Shown here piece after piece: positions 24,680 to 38,027 of a DNA stretch of 64,000 bases; the first letter of the stretch is position 1; each line of letters opens with the position of its first letter. A program made the position numbers and the translations under genes. The notes under the pieces are model-generated. The model made no database searches. It was given only the letters and a program-made list of their open reading frames with translations, and was not told the origin of the DNA. Source of the DNA: Euprymna scolopes (Eukaryota); the NCBI GenBank assembly GCA_053919585.1, contig CM132783.1; one strand, written 5' to 3'.

Positions 24680-25140
24680 AAAGAAAATTCCACTCGGCAC
24701 TTAAACTAAAGCTTAATACTTAAAACCGCTATAATCACTGTTGTTTTCAGAAAAAATCCGCTTAGCACTATTTTCAAACTTTTCATTATCGTGTAAACTA
24801 GAATATACACTGTTTTTCAAGACAGTAATTCCTATCGGCATTTTCAAAACACATAATAATAACTTACAACCGTTACATTTGTTGCCTCTTCAGAATAATA
24901 TTCCGCTCAGCACAATTTCAAAACACCTCATAATTACTATAAGCCGTTACATCCAGTGTCCTTTTCAGAAAAAAATGCGTTTCATTATAATAACTTGAAA
25001 ACCTTTCTCGAAAAATAATTCTGTACAGCACTGTTTCAAAACAGCTTATTATATTTTTTTTATAATTTTTAACTGCTACAGTCGAAGTATTTTCAAAAAA
25101 TAATTCCATGCTTTTCTATTTCAGAACACATTATTTTTCT
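24680..25140. repeat. Degenerate tandem array, unit about 70-75 bp, about 6 copies
   Basis: Recurring TTCAGAA(A)AATTCCGCTCAGCAC.ATTTCAAAACAC...AACCGTTACA motif. Confidence 0.7.
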
Positions 25141-25691
25141 TCATTATATACAGCATTTGTTAAACAAATATTTTTTGGCATTATATCAACATATTTCATC
25201 CCCTATATCAATTACATTAAAATATTCTGTTCCCCACGCAGTAAAAGACTAAAATAAACTGAAAACAATGTCATTTCTAATAATAGATAAGAGTAAGTTT
25301 AGTTCACCGATGATCTCCCTAGATAAATAGATAACTATTACAGTTTTTGCAAATTTCTCTACGGAGTAAATCTGAAGGTGTAAACTTTTCATAGTGTTTA
25401 TTAGCATCATGGAATATATTCGCGAATTTGAGAAAAAGTGAAAATTATTTTGAATTTAGACCTGGCATATACAGCTCTTTTGATTGTGCTAGACGAGCAT
25501 TATAAAAATATATGAAAAATAACTCATTAATAGTTCAATAGAATTTATCAAGTTATATTTTCTATGAAATAATGCCTTCTATGCTAGCAAGACTTGATTT
25601 TTCAATGGATTATAAAAAATTTGATGTGTAAAAATCAACAAAGGAACATAAATATATTTCTTATTTCAAATTAAGTAATACTGAGTGTAGA

Positions 25692-25875
25692 TTCCATTCC
25701 AGGTCCCTGCTTCCCCAACTGTAGGGACGTGCAGAAGTTCAAGTGTAACGTGAAGAGACACCTTTCTGCCCAAATCCTTGCATAGTACCCCAGTTGATGT
25801 TACCCTTGATAGTAGCCCCCTACACCAAAGTGGCAATGTGTCTTGTTTGGGGTGAAAATGTAATTTAACAATTTT
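25692..25875 (+). mobile_element. CR1/L2-group LINE family A, very short 3' end
   Basis: SIPGPCFPNCRDVQKFKCNVKRHL plus 3' UTR AGCCCCCTACACCAAAGTGGCAATGTG...GGGGTGAAAATGTAA. Confidence 0.9.
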
Positions 25876-26104
25876 TTAAAAAAAACTACATTGGACTTGG
25901 CGCNNNNNNNNNNNNNNNNNNNNNNNNNNNNNNNNNNNNNNNNNNNNNNNNNNNNNNNNNNNNNNNNNNNNNNNNNNNNNNNNNNNNNNNNNNNNNNNNN
26001 NNNNNNNNNNNNNNNNNNNNNNNNNNNNNNNTTAAGGTAACAAATGAGATATGCAGAAAGGCATTAGATTGTATTATTAAATATATTCTCGGTTATATGT
26101 ATAC

Positions 26105-26141
<37 letters not shown>

Positions 26142-26142
<1 letters not shown>

Positions 26143-26373
26143 TAGTGTCCAAAACTAAGGGACTAAAATGTAAACCTTAATATTTGTGCGAAAAACAACT
26201 GTAAAAAGCTGGAATTTTGACAACTGATAGTCGTTATCATCCCTAATAACATACTAAAATTTACTTTGGACGTTCCTATTTTGAAAATAAATAATTGTTA
26301 TAATTTTTTTCTATCCTTTGCAAATGATTCAAATTTTAGTATGCTATTATGGATGATAACGGTTACCAGTTGT
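26142..26373. mobile_element. Truncated MITE/foldback with 43-bp internal inverted repeat
   Basis: 26220-26262 ACAACTGATAGTCGTTATCATCCCTAATAACATACTAAAATTT versus reverse complement of 26331-26373; starts next to a (TA)n tract. Confidence 0.7.
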
Positions 26374-26440
26374 TGGTTGGTTTTGGTTGTTTTTGTTTTA
26401 CGGCATATCAACCCTTTTTGGGTTATTTAATGCCGAATAC
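26374..26440 (-). mobile_element. SINE/LINE-like 3' tail with (CAA/CCAA)n end
   Basis: Minus: GGCATTAAATAACCCAAAAAGGGTTGATATGCCGTAAAACAAAAACAACCAAAACCAACC, a stem-loop followed by a simple-repeat tail. Confidence 0.5.
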
Positions 26441-27730
26441 AAAGATTTTGACGATTTTTTAATAGCTTTTCGATGTGCTTCTTCCCGTACTTTAAGTGGA
26501 CAATACGTCTCTATCTGTGTGCAATTTTCCACAATTACATGGGGTCTCTTATAGACAGATCTAAGTCATGATTTTTTCTGTAGAGGATTTGACTCTCGCA
26601 AGTTGTTTCTGGAGAGCTGAATCGCTCCTGAATACTGTCCTGATGTCATAGGTTTTATATATGTTTTGTAGTTTTTTTTTTCAGACACGTGCGACTATGT
26701 ATGGTATACAAGCTGTAGTGAGTTTCTGAGAGGATGTCTTTTTTTGTCTGGTAAGGATTTCTTTTAGCTGATGTGATATTCTTTTGATATTTGCTGCAGT
26801 TGGAGGGTTTCTCTTAAACTGTTTACCTTATCTGAGTATGGATTACTTTTAGTACATATTGCTTTTGCTCATTGTAAGCAACTGACGATTTCTTACTTTG
26901 CCTTATATGGCGAGTGAGAGTTTAAGTTTTGCTTTCGAGTGATAATTGGCTTTCAGTATACAGATGATATAAACCTCTGATCCGTGCGGGTAGTCAGCAC
27001 ATCAAGGAACGATTTTATTAGTCGTAAAATAATTAGTTGGACGGATCAAGTTCACATGAACATCTTTGTGATGGGGTCAGTGTGTGAATGTGCAATCGAC
27101 AAATTACAACCACATTGTTGGCTTTAGTAATGTTGATACTAATGCCATTCCCTCAAAGTATTCCCTGTATACATTGGTCAGTACTGGGAACAATTATTAT
27201 CTCATCGCCAGACCCTCTTTCTACCGATATATAACAGATCCCACCACGAAGTATATAGTTTCTACAGAGAAGTTCAACATCTCCATTATATCGTCAATTC
27301 GAATGCAAGTTCGTTGTTTCAGTGAGGCTTTAGAAATAAGCTTGTTTAGTTCCACCGTCAGAGTGTCATCAGTTAATACTTTCGTGAAAAGACTCACTAA
27401 ATGTAGACTCACCATCTGGCTGCAATGAATTGGACCTTTGTTTATTATTTCCACGAAGTGAGCTGAATTTTTGGCGTATGATTTTTCGATGAATAGGGTG
27501 ATTATATCTGCTAAGAATCAGCTGAATATATGGTCGCTACACCTCGGGTACTTACAATGAGCCTTAATTAAATACATCCCTTGTGAATCTTAGGAAGGCC
27601 GTATAGGTGTGGTAACTCGCTGTATTGCTACGTTAGCTGTCTGCATTTTGCAGCTTGTATTAGGTAATTTTCTTACTGAAGATCTGTGACAGCTTCCTTT
27701 CAGTGAGCGTGTTTAATTGTATGTAAACAA
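26440..27730 (-). mobile_element. Penelope-like element (RT plus decayed GIY-YIG)
   Basis: YSELPHLYGLPKIHK, MVSLHLVSLFTKV (ORF 27221-27454), EGLAM, FLDVL, PCNCGK. Confidence 0.88.
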
Positions 27731-27740
27731 CTAATATATA

Positions 27741-28630
27741 CTAGCATTTCAGCCCGGCGTTGCCCGGGTGTTTGGATGTGTATGTTGAGAAAAAAAAGGT
27801 GTAGTAGGAAGGCAAGCTTGAACCCGTACCGCAAAGGCGGAAAAGAACGGGGTAAAACCTAACGTTTATGCTGTTACGACCACCGACAAACCGCAAGCGA
27901 ATTTTTTTTTTAAATTAAGGCTAGACAATTTAAACGAGAGGATAACTTTCAAAAATATCGGCGAAAAAAGTGCCGCCCCTATAGAAAAGTGCATAGTTGA
28001 AGGGGAAGATATTAATGTTTTAGCCAATTTTTCGATATTTGTCGTCTGAAAGGTCGAATTTTAAAACGCTACTGATCTGGATAAATTCCGTCGGCTCTAT
28101 TGAAAGTATAAGGCAGATATGCAAACATACATACATATACACATACATACATACATTTATATATTATTACCAAAAAATTTCGACCCAAACTGATGAAAAA
28201 GCTTGCCCTATCTCTGAATAGCCTTTATGTAAAATTTCAAATATTTAGACCAGGAATTGTCTGAGTAATTTGGAAGAGACCGCAGAGGTCATTTTTTTTT
28301 AAATATTAACCCCTATTATGACCCCTTAAAATTTATTGTTTAGGGCTCCAATCAGGTTATTAAGTTAAATCCATGTCCAAGGAACCTATATCTTAAATTT
28401 CAAATGCGTACACCCAAAATTGTCGGAGTTTAGTAGAGTTCTCAAAGGTAAAATCGTTGAACTTTTCCCCCTTAATCGCCAAATTTCTGGCTAAAACCCG
28501 ATCATATCGATTCCCCCAAATCTCGGTACCCTGTATATCAAATTTCGAGTCTGTAGACTAAAAATTGGTAGAGTTATTGCGTAGGGAAATGTACACAGAC
28601 GCACACACACACACGTACACTTTTATATAT
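27741..28630 (-). mobile_element. Non-autonomous Helitron, family H1 copy 1
   Basis: Minus 3' end CCCGGGCAACGCCGGG hairpin then CTAG|T; 5' end TATATATAAAA plus GT repeats; colinear with 45196-46080. Confidence 0.85.
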
Positions 28631-31600
28631 ATATATATATATGTCTGTGTGTGTTTGTGTGTGTGCGTGTGCGTGTGTGTGTGTATATATATATAATGCC
28701 TATGTTACCTTTACATAGTGTAAAAAATTTGCTACCGGAATTGATTATACTGCTGATAATATTTGTATGGAAGCTGCCATTCGCTTTCAGAAGTCGACGT
28801 GTTTTATCAGAGACGATGACTTGTACGTAGCAGCAAAGTTCTCACACGTATGCAAATAAAAGTGACGTCACAGCGAACGAGAGAAGAGGGCAGAAAAGTG
28901 AAGAGAAAAATAGGAACCTCATGAGCGGAGAGAGCGTCTTGGAAGCTCGTTTGATTGTGAGAGGAACTTTTAAAACAAGATGCAATTCGAACTTGTAAGC
29001 TATTCAGAAAACTGTGCGCCGTGAGGTGAGCTGCGGCATAGCGGAGGAGTTAAAAGGCGAGTTTAAAAATTATCAGCGTGAAAGCAGTTGGATTTGAGCA
29101 GATGTGTTGACGAAGTTTTTTGTCTGCATTTACATGTAACGAACGGATTAGAGTGGATTCTGTTGCTACGACCAGTACCATTGGAAAGTCGTTGTGATCT
29201 ACATAATATATTACGCACTTTTAAATGAAAATAAAAATGAAAGAGTATATCAAAGTAAAATGATCTATAGTTTAATACTGTATTACCTTAAACGTACATA
29301 CGTACGTGTGTCAGGGTTTCCAGATTAAAAATTATTCTATCGAGTAATTTTATTTATTACAAAGGAGGATGAAAGGTGATAATACACAACTAGCATCTAA
29401 TTAGTATATAAAGACGCTAATAAAAGATTCATAGTATGTTTTCAAATGTATCTTCTTTTTTAATAAATAGGATTGCTGGATCACAGGAGACGTAATTAAA
29501 ATAATAATCATAACATTCTGTCGCTTTTTGATCGTATGCGAAATTAAAATGTACATTCTTGGTTTTCTGGCTAGGATCTAGTGTAGTATCTGTACTGTCT
29601 AACAGTGGTATAATTGATATAGTGGTATTGTCCTTTGCGCTGGGCGGCAATACAATACAAAATATGTAAAAAATTATTATTATAAGGATATTGAGGAGAA
29701 ACCAGATTAGTTATACAGATACATTTACAGTTTAAACAAAAAAGGGCCACAATAATATCGTGGGGTCTCCAGTCACGTTTAACGTCCACAAAATGCCCAA
29801 CAGCAATAAATTACATATGAAGATGCCACTGTGAAATTGCCACAGGTTTCCCTAGTCTATGTAATAACACCCTAGTACCCTTGATGTACGTAGTTTCTGT
29901 ATCACTACCTGCAGATTATAAATTATTCGATCAGTAAGTCCTATTAATTTAAATAATTTAAAAAGAGGAACATGTGATAACATTCTACTAACATCATATA
30001 ACACTTATTTAATATTCGTAGTACATTATCATCTTCTATTCTTCTTTTTTAAGGAATTGGATAATAATGTCTTTTTGAGCGGTACGTGAAACTAAAGTAT
30101 ACTTTCTTTTTCTTCTAGATAGGATCAAGAATAGTATCTTTTCTAAATAAAGACAGTATAACGATATCGTGGGATTTCTGATCGCGCCGTCTGTCAATAC
30201 AATGGAAATATGTCACAATATAAATGAAATGAATATCCCATGCGTTTTGAATCTTCAGGCTGGCTGTGAGAATTACTTATTAAGCCTTAAAAGTGGTTAT
30301 ATTTTGAGTAAAATAACATGTATATTCTCGAAATTGTTTGTTGCATACGTGTGAAATATAAACATTTTCTTNNNNNNNNNNNNNNNNNNNNNNNNNNNNN
30401 NNNNNNNNNNNNNNNNNNNNNNNNNNNNNNNNNNNNNNNNNNNNNNNNNNNNNNNNNNNNNNNNNNNNNNNNNNNNNNNNNNNNNNNNNNNNNNNNNNNN
30501 NNNNNNNNNGTCAACATTTCAAAACCAGAAGATTTATTCGTCACTCGTAATATATTTTTATATATTTTTTTATGAAATCCGCCTTACACTTATTTCGTTG
30601 AATATGATAAGCCCGTTAAAGGACTTATTAGAAACATGAATATATTTCTTTAAAAATAGTTGGAAATACTTTTCCTGCTAATGCTCAAAGATAAAGAAAG
30701 AAACATTAAGTTTGATAGAAGGAAATAGATATATTTAAAGTTGGCAGACATATAATAAATAAATAAATAAATACTACATTATTCCACTCATGTCAAAGAA
30801 AAGCCATTTAATTTTACCTACGCGTATTGCACCATTATTGGCAAGTTATAAAGTCATATTACGAAACTTTGTACTAACGTCTAACGGTAATGGCTGAAGA
30901 ATGAAACTAAAAGCGTTTTTGATGAAATTTTATTTTATTGCAATGATTTATAATACATGCAATTTACACGACAACTGATTTTTAATGGTGGCCTGTCAGC
31001 ATCACCGGTTTATGCTTCACACATCATTCATTCAGTATGTAACTGCAATTTTCCTTTATCTAATGTCACCTTGACCGAAAGTAGTCAGTATGCACTCAGA
31101 TAGATAGTTTTAATTTCATTCAATTAAAAAATCCACTGAAATTACTCTATAAATGGTTCTAATTTCGCACAATAACGAATAATGTTTAAGATGAAGTTAT
31201 TGAAATAGAAATTGCTCTATTAGGATAATGGGTGAGAAAAATGGAGGCAACATGGTCCGAGTCTATTCTCATAAAACGCCGGATACGCCTTTCAGTCATG
31301 AAGAAATATTTTGTATATTTTACTATTCTTTAAGAATCTACTTATTTTAAACACTTTTTTGTTATTTAACTGTTGTGCGCATATTCAACGGAAATATCAT
31401 TTAATTAGTGCCATATTCTACCGGTTCACTTTCGTTGGCAATAATTATGTGGGTTATTGTGCTGAGGATTTGATGAGCTGAATCAGCCACAAACTCTATA
31501 CGCTTGGAATACTAAATAAAACACGATGAAAAGGGACAAAACGAGAAGTAATTATTATTGACTGCCAGAAAATAACACAGATCCGTGACGCCATAAAATA

Positions 31601-32203
31601 AACTGAAAACAAACGATAACAGAAAAAAGGAAAGCGATAAACAAAGCACGTGTGTTTAGAATCAAATCTAATTTTTTACAAAATTAATTCGCACTAAAAT
31701 ATAGGAAGCAATGAGATGCAGACAGAAAATAGAATTAGAAAATAATTTAATTGGAATCGCAATTCATCATTGTTACGACTATTACTGATTGGCAACTTTA
31801 ACAGATACAAATTCTGATAATAATAATGTTATTAACTTTCATGTGTAAAAATCCTATAATAAGAGACCAGCCCTCGTGTTAATTGGATTATTAAGTCTAC
31901 TCCTCTCATTCTGTATGACGAACTCGAGAATCTGCATGGGATTTCAAACGGAACTCCGAATTAAATCCAGAGTGTATTATGCACGCGTTTCATCGCCCAT
32001 GACAATGTAAAGCTTCAAATGATTTGTCATGGTATTTGTGTGTCGCCACACTAAGAATTGAACCTCCAACATCCAGAGAAATATAATTTGACAATAAAAT
32101 TTTATTAAGATCCTTATCTACTACGCTCCTGGTTTGTAAGGGCTGTTTCGTGGTGAAAACTAAATAAAAGTGATTTTGCTAAAAACTATATATATTATCG
32201 CAA

Positions 32204-32901
32204 TCCCTAGATATATAAAATGAACTCATTTTGTCACCTCTGATTTTAACGTCAATAGGATTAGAAATTAAGACATTTCATGCAAATGTAATATGCTCAA
32301 ACTACAGCACATTATCTTAGGTTTGTTATAGGCCTATTACCTCTAAACTTTTTCGATTATCATGAATTCCTATATTTTTTCTGGTGAAAGTTCACGGCCA
32401 AAATCGGTTAGAATCAAGGAAAGTTGTAAAATCTTTTCTCTCTAATAAATTGCTCCAACCCTCGCTTCCAATTTCACCGTTGCGGATTCGTTCACAAGGG
32501 ACAGTTTGGATTCGTAGTTGCGTAAAAAAACTTGAATAGACTGGATGAAACGCACCATTGGATTTAAGCGAATCGAAGGGTCATTTATGCAATTTTTTTC
32601 GCTTTTCGCTGGTTTTTTTTTTTTTTTTCGTTTTTCAGAACCCGTTCATCATCTTCTTCCTTTATTCATATGTTCTGCTTTTCCTTTTTTTTTTTTAAAG
32701 AAGTTTTACGTTTGTTCGCTGTTTTTCTTTTGTTTTGTTTTTTGTGGTTTTGGTTTTGACGAATTTTTACTGAAGTTTAATATCTTTTTTATATGTATTT
32801 TGATATTTAAACAGGGTTTTTTTCTACGACTATTCTTTACTTTACACCCCCCTTATGCACAAATCTCCAACCAACCAGGCAGCGCCGGGTACTCCCGCTA
32901 G
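32204..32901 (+). mobile_element. Non-autonomous Helitron, family H2
   Basis: Starts A|TCCCTAGATATATAAAA and ends CCAGGCAGCGCCGGG...CTAG|T. Confidence 0.75.
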
Positions 32902-32927
32902 TTATTTATAAAATATTAATATGCAAC

Positions 32928-32989
<62 letters not shown>

Positions 32990-33129
32990 TTGTGTTTGGT
33001 ACTTGTTTGAATTATTTCGGTAAAGTTTCATTCGGTAAGTATTATTCCTGTCACTTCAAACAACGCGTGTGCCTTTTACTACATAGAAAAATTAAAATAA
33101 GTGTTTTGAAATCGGAAATAAACTTAATA

Positions 33130-33822
33130 AATTAATCTCCTCAATTGGCCCATAACGACAACATCTAAGCCTTTCCTTGAACTAAAGGAATTACCAAAAT
33201 TGACAGGGAGCAAGGTCTGTACGATAGGGAAGGTGAACTGTCTTGAGACCAATCTTGGTCAAATTATTTGTTGCAAGGAGAGGGTTGTGGACTAATCAAT
33301 TTTTGCAAATCTTATGCATCTTCAGTTGCACATAATTTTTTTGTACAGTTCGCACATTGACATCAAACTGTGCAATTATTTTCTCTATAGACAGACGGAG
33401 ATCCTTATCTATGAAAGTCTTTATTTGGACAATCCACTCAGGTCTTTTCACATTCTCACTGTTTCAACATTTCTCATTATTCCTCACAGACACCATGCCT
33501 TTCTGGAAATTTATATACCACTCAATAACTGATGCTGACTTCATGCAAAATGCTCTAAATAAGTACGTACCATTTTCTCCAAGTTTCTGCAGAATTTTAT
33601 TGCATATCTTTCTTTCTAAAATATCCTGAGGTTCAAATGGCATTTTTGAAATTCACTAGCTGTAACAACCAAGCTTTAGTTGGGTATATTTAAATATCTG
33701 CTGTAGCTGTCTGTTTGAACCCGAAATCATAAGCGATAACATACTAATTTTCAAGAGACTACGACAATTTTAAATGTCTGCACAATAAAAAAAAGTCTAG
33801 AAAATTATTGATAGCACCGCAT
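33130..33822 (-). mobile_element. Mariner transposon remnant with internal deletion
   Basis: Minus: SASVIEWYINFQKG, QIKTFIDKDLRLSIEKIIAQFDV, KMHKIC joined to VHNPLLATNNLTKIGLKTVHLPYRTDLAPCQFW (YSPDLAP motif). Confidence 0.85.
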
Positions 33823-36299
33823 TCTTATGACACAGTATATTGTGGCCTTCAATCATAAGTGTGACACTTCTTATCATGGAACTCTCAGTAGAAACTATGA
33901 AATTAGGAGAATATTTCTTAGTTATTCTTTTAGTCAAATATGCCTTCAAATTACTAAGATTTATAGTCTTTTGCCTTTCGCAAAGTCGAATCTATATTAC
34001 TTAAAAAAAAAACTTTTTTCACCCTGATGTTATTCTCTATCAGTAGACATCTAGATGGGGTGATTCTGTTATATGTGGGTTGGTGTATTTTTGTTAAATG
34101 TAAAAGTTCTTTCTTCAGTGCCAAACACTAGATGTTGTATTATTAGCCCAACCCTTTCCTTTTCCCATGATATTACTAGTCTCAGTTTTTCTATAGATAC
34201 TATTAGGTCATGTGTACTTCAAAATTATTTAGTTGATTTACTGTTTTATTTGATCTAATAAATATATCCGATGGTTTAATAGTCTCCAGCAATTCGGTGT
34301 TTTAATACGTCAATTTAATACAACTTACTATTCATATAGCTTCTTTCCGAGACCTACAAGTTAGTGGAACTTTTGTCGTTGCCGACTGTTTTCCTGTTAC
34401 TCTTAGAATTGTTCTTTATAAGAACTAAATTTGATATGTACCACATAGCTAAGGGAGTTTCATCTTTCCTCCTTGATAATTCCTAATGTCAAGTGGCTTC
34501 GTACCTTCTCTCAGCCTTTTTTTCATGGGAAGTTAGAAAAATAGATAAGCGCAAAATATTGTTTAAAAATAGTTTTTAAGACGGTAAAAGCAAGAAAATG
34601 GAAAACAGACAAAAGAGTGAGTCATTATTTTTTAATATACGTCTATTGCTTTAATTTCTTACGATTATATACTTTTAACATCAGAAATTAATTCCATTAG
34701 AAACGGTGTATGGGGCTGTCTAGTCTAGGCAGTTTGATTGGAAATAATTTTAATTTTTCTTTGTCATCTTGCAAAGTTTTCAGGCGTGAGGACATGAGGT
34801 CATAAGACCTAATACATTTGATTCCGCAAAAAACTTTTATAAAAACAGCAGACACGGAGATCTTTCCTACAACACTAAACTTAAATGAGAAATAAAACGT
34901 AATACAATATTGAATAATTTGGTAAAGGTTGAATGTTCTTTAAACTTGGTATCATGAAAGATTTAAATTACATAGACATATTGTCAACTAAGAATTTGCT
35001 TGTTTGTTTTTGTATCAGAATATCAATTCTTTCATGATCAGTTATTTGGCGAAAGTGATTATACTTCCATTTTTTTGTATCTCACATTTGTTTTATTGAT
35101 GGTGAATGTTTCGTAATACGATAGAGAATGTTTTAGGCATTACTAAATGTGACTACATAAGGTAAAGAGAATAGAAAACATAATAACATCAATGTTTGTG
35201 CATTTCACAAAGTCGATATCGTCAAACAGCCAGAACAGAGATAATAGCAAAACGACTTTTATGACACCTGAGACTGCAGTTCATGTAATTAATAGAACTT
35301 TATTTAATTTGTCTGATAAGACATTTTCTCTCAACTTCTGGTTTTTTATGCTGATTTATACGTCTTTGTTTACTTCGCTTGATACGTTGTATCTTTTTCT
35401 ATATAAGCGAAACTTTCTCCAATTTAAACTGATGACTTATCTCATGTTTGTTTGAAGATTTGTTGAGCATCATTCATCATGATGTTGTTGGCATTAGTTT
35501 TCCCGTTATCTCCTATAATAGAAAAATAAGGGAGTAACGAATGGCAAAAACATCATTACGAAAAGCACTTGTTTCTAAAAGCATATTGTGTAATTAAAGA
35601 CTGAACCTGTGAATGCTGCGAACGTCTCTAAGTATTTATGTGGAACGAACTGGATTAGAACATCGCACACCAGGTGTAGCCCGTGTCCCTTCGCGACTGT
35701 CATCTGTTTGAAGTCTCTGTTGATGTTTACTTGTTTTTAAAGCATGTCGATATTTTCATAATCACACGCTTTATTTTTTTCAGATTGAAAGTAAATTACT
35801 AGTCTTAAATGTATTCGTAAAATACTCCTGTACTCTTATTTGCTACTACCTAATAAGACCTTCTTTGCAAAACTTTCTAAGGCGACATCGGTTGCTAATA
35901 TGTAACGACGACATTACGATGGGGCATCGCCTGTATCCAAATTATTATTTTCGATTGCACACTAAAAGGAGATAGAGTGTACTGTAAATAAAGTAGTTGA
36001 AAATAAAAATCACAAACTAGCGAATAGCATCATCATAGTAAACACTAAACAGAAAATGCGTTATTAGAANNNNNNNNNNNNNNNNNNNNNNNNNNNNNNN
36101 NNNNNNNNNNNNNNNNNNNNNNNNNNNNNNNNNNNNNNNNNNNNNNNNNNNNNNNNNNNNNNNNNNNNNNNNNNNNNNNNNNNNNNNNNNNNNNNNNNNN
36201 NNNNNNNNNNNNNNNNNNNNNNCAGAATTTAATAATGGCTGAATACAGACTAATCAACACCATGATTAAAAAATTAAAAAACATGAAAATAAAGATTAG

Positions 36300-38020
36300 A
36301 TAACCAGGTTTCGTTCCTCACTCAACAGGGATAAATCGAGGAAAATACGATTTTAAAAAAGTCATGAATATGGCGGGGAGAGAAAAATAAAAGCGAAAAA
36401 TAAACGGGAGAAAAATTACATAGAGACTAAATTAAGTCCTAATAGATTTTCTTTTTGCTTGCAAAGAGAAGGTCTCAAAGACTTAATAAAAATAGTCTCT
36501 AGAATTTTTAAACGAAAGGGCGAGTGCGACATACTCAAGATCGTAAACATTTCAGCACTAAAATTTGTGGCCCACGCATGGTTATTTATAAGTTGGTCGC
36601 AAATCACATAACCATAGTATCATTCAGAACATCCAAGGGTGAAAAATTTGCATAACGAATCCTTGATGGTACATGTTGTTTCAAACGAACATCTAAACCT
36701 TGGATGTTCAACCAGAATAGCACGCACTGCACTTACATTTAAATAAATAAATAATAGAATTAGTATAGTGAGGGGGAAGAACATTTTTGCAAATGGATGA
36801 CAACATAGATCTGGTTTAAAAAACAACACGTGGATTCGATGAAAAATAACACCGTTGCATAGACAAAGTGATTTAATTAGCAAAACGATCGCTGATATTA
36901 CCGAGACAAGGTAGACGTATATAAACATGACATCCATTAACTATGATTTCTTTAGGTTTATAAAAATTTGAAACTTCTTTATTAATAGTAGTTTCAACAA
37001 TATTTAAGGAGAAACCATTGTTACAAAGGGTTTTAGTAATAAATTAAAGCTCGTCATTAAGATTAACTTTAGAACAAATCATTAAGGCCTTATGTGCTAA
37101 AGTCTTAATTAAATTGTACTTCTGGTTAGTAGGACAAAAATAGTCCCAACGCGTATAGAGACCGGTAAATGTTGGTTTACGATAAACAGAAGTAAGAAAA
37201 CACAAGGATTCCTTGGACACAAGAACATCCAAAAAGGTAAGAGTAGAATTCGTTTGCTTGTCTACTTAAGGGATGGATGGACGTTATTGAGGGACACAAA
37301 AAAAGCATCCGCATTCGTCTCGTCAAATAAGCAAAAAGGGTCATCAACGTAACGAAAATAAATGTCTGGTTTATGCAATATAATATACCTGTTCATGAAA
37401 TCCTCCAAAAATTTTAGCCAAGGCTGATCCCAATAGGTGGCGAATTTCATCAATTCTACAAAAACTTATTTCTGGAATTGAGGGAGTTGGAAGTTTACTA
37501 CGATAAAAGGCGTCATCACAAATGTTAATATTCTCTAACAATGGATGCAAGTAAAAAGACTAGTAATATCAAAAGAACAAATAAATTTGTCGGAATAAGT
37601 ATAAATTTGTCGGAATAAGTATAAATTTGTCGGAATAAGTATAAATTTGTATAAAGTTAGTAAGGCTAAAAGAGTCTTTAATGCAAAAAAAAACTATAAT
37701 TTTCAAAACGGGTTCTAAAATACTTGTCATTCATTTAGCTTACTTATGTTGAGAGAGCCCTATCATAGATAATATATGTCTCAACGGTACCCTCCTTTTT
37801 ATTGGTCTTAGGCGAACCATTCAGACGGAGGCGTTGGGTCGAATTAAATTGGAAATGCAAGTTGGTAGAACACCACTTTTAACCCATTTGACAATTCGTT
37901 TCTGAAACTTGGTCTCGATAGAGATCGTAGAATCATCAGTATCTACCGGACCTAAATTAAATTTAGAAATGCCCTCCAGGATAGTCATCATTTTACTGAC
38001 ATAATCCTGGTAATCCATTT
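36300..38020 (-). mobile_element. Penelope-like element (RT and GIY-YIG), decayed, cut by a LINE at 38028
   Basis: MDYQDYVSKM, CSFDITSLF, YFRYVDD, FLDVLV, SVYRKPTFTGLY, IIYLFKCKCSACYSG, LKILETIFIKSLRPSLCKQKE. Confidence 0.93.
37581..37650. repeat. 20-bp tandem repeat x3.5 inside the PLE RT
   Basis: ATAAATTTGTCGGAATAAGT repeated perfectly. Confidence 0.95.
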
Positions 38021-38027
38021 TATTGAC

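Noticed and set aside
24680-25140. CRISPR-like array
   Set aside because: Eukaryotic context, degenerate repeats, linkers related to each other, no cas genes.
28702-29300. Solo LTR candidate starting TGTTAC
   Set aside because: No defined CA end, TSD, PBS or second copy.
29429-29915. Possible host exon on the minus strand (acceptor-like TCTGCAG, Cys-rich frames)
   Set aside because: All three frames hit stops soon after the acceptor; no recognisable domain.
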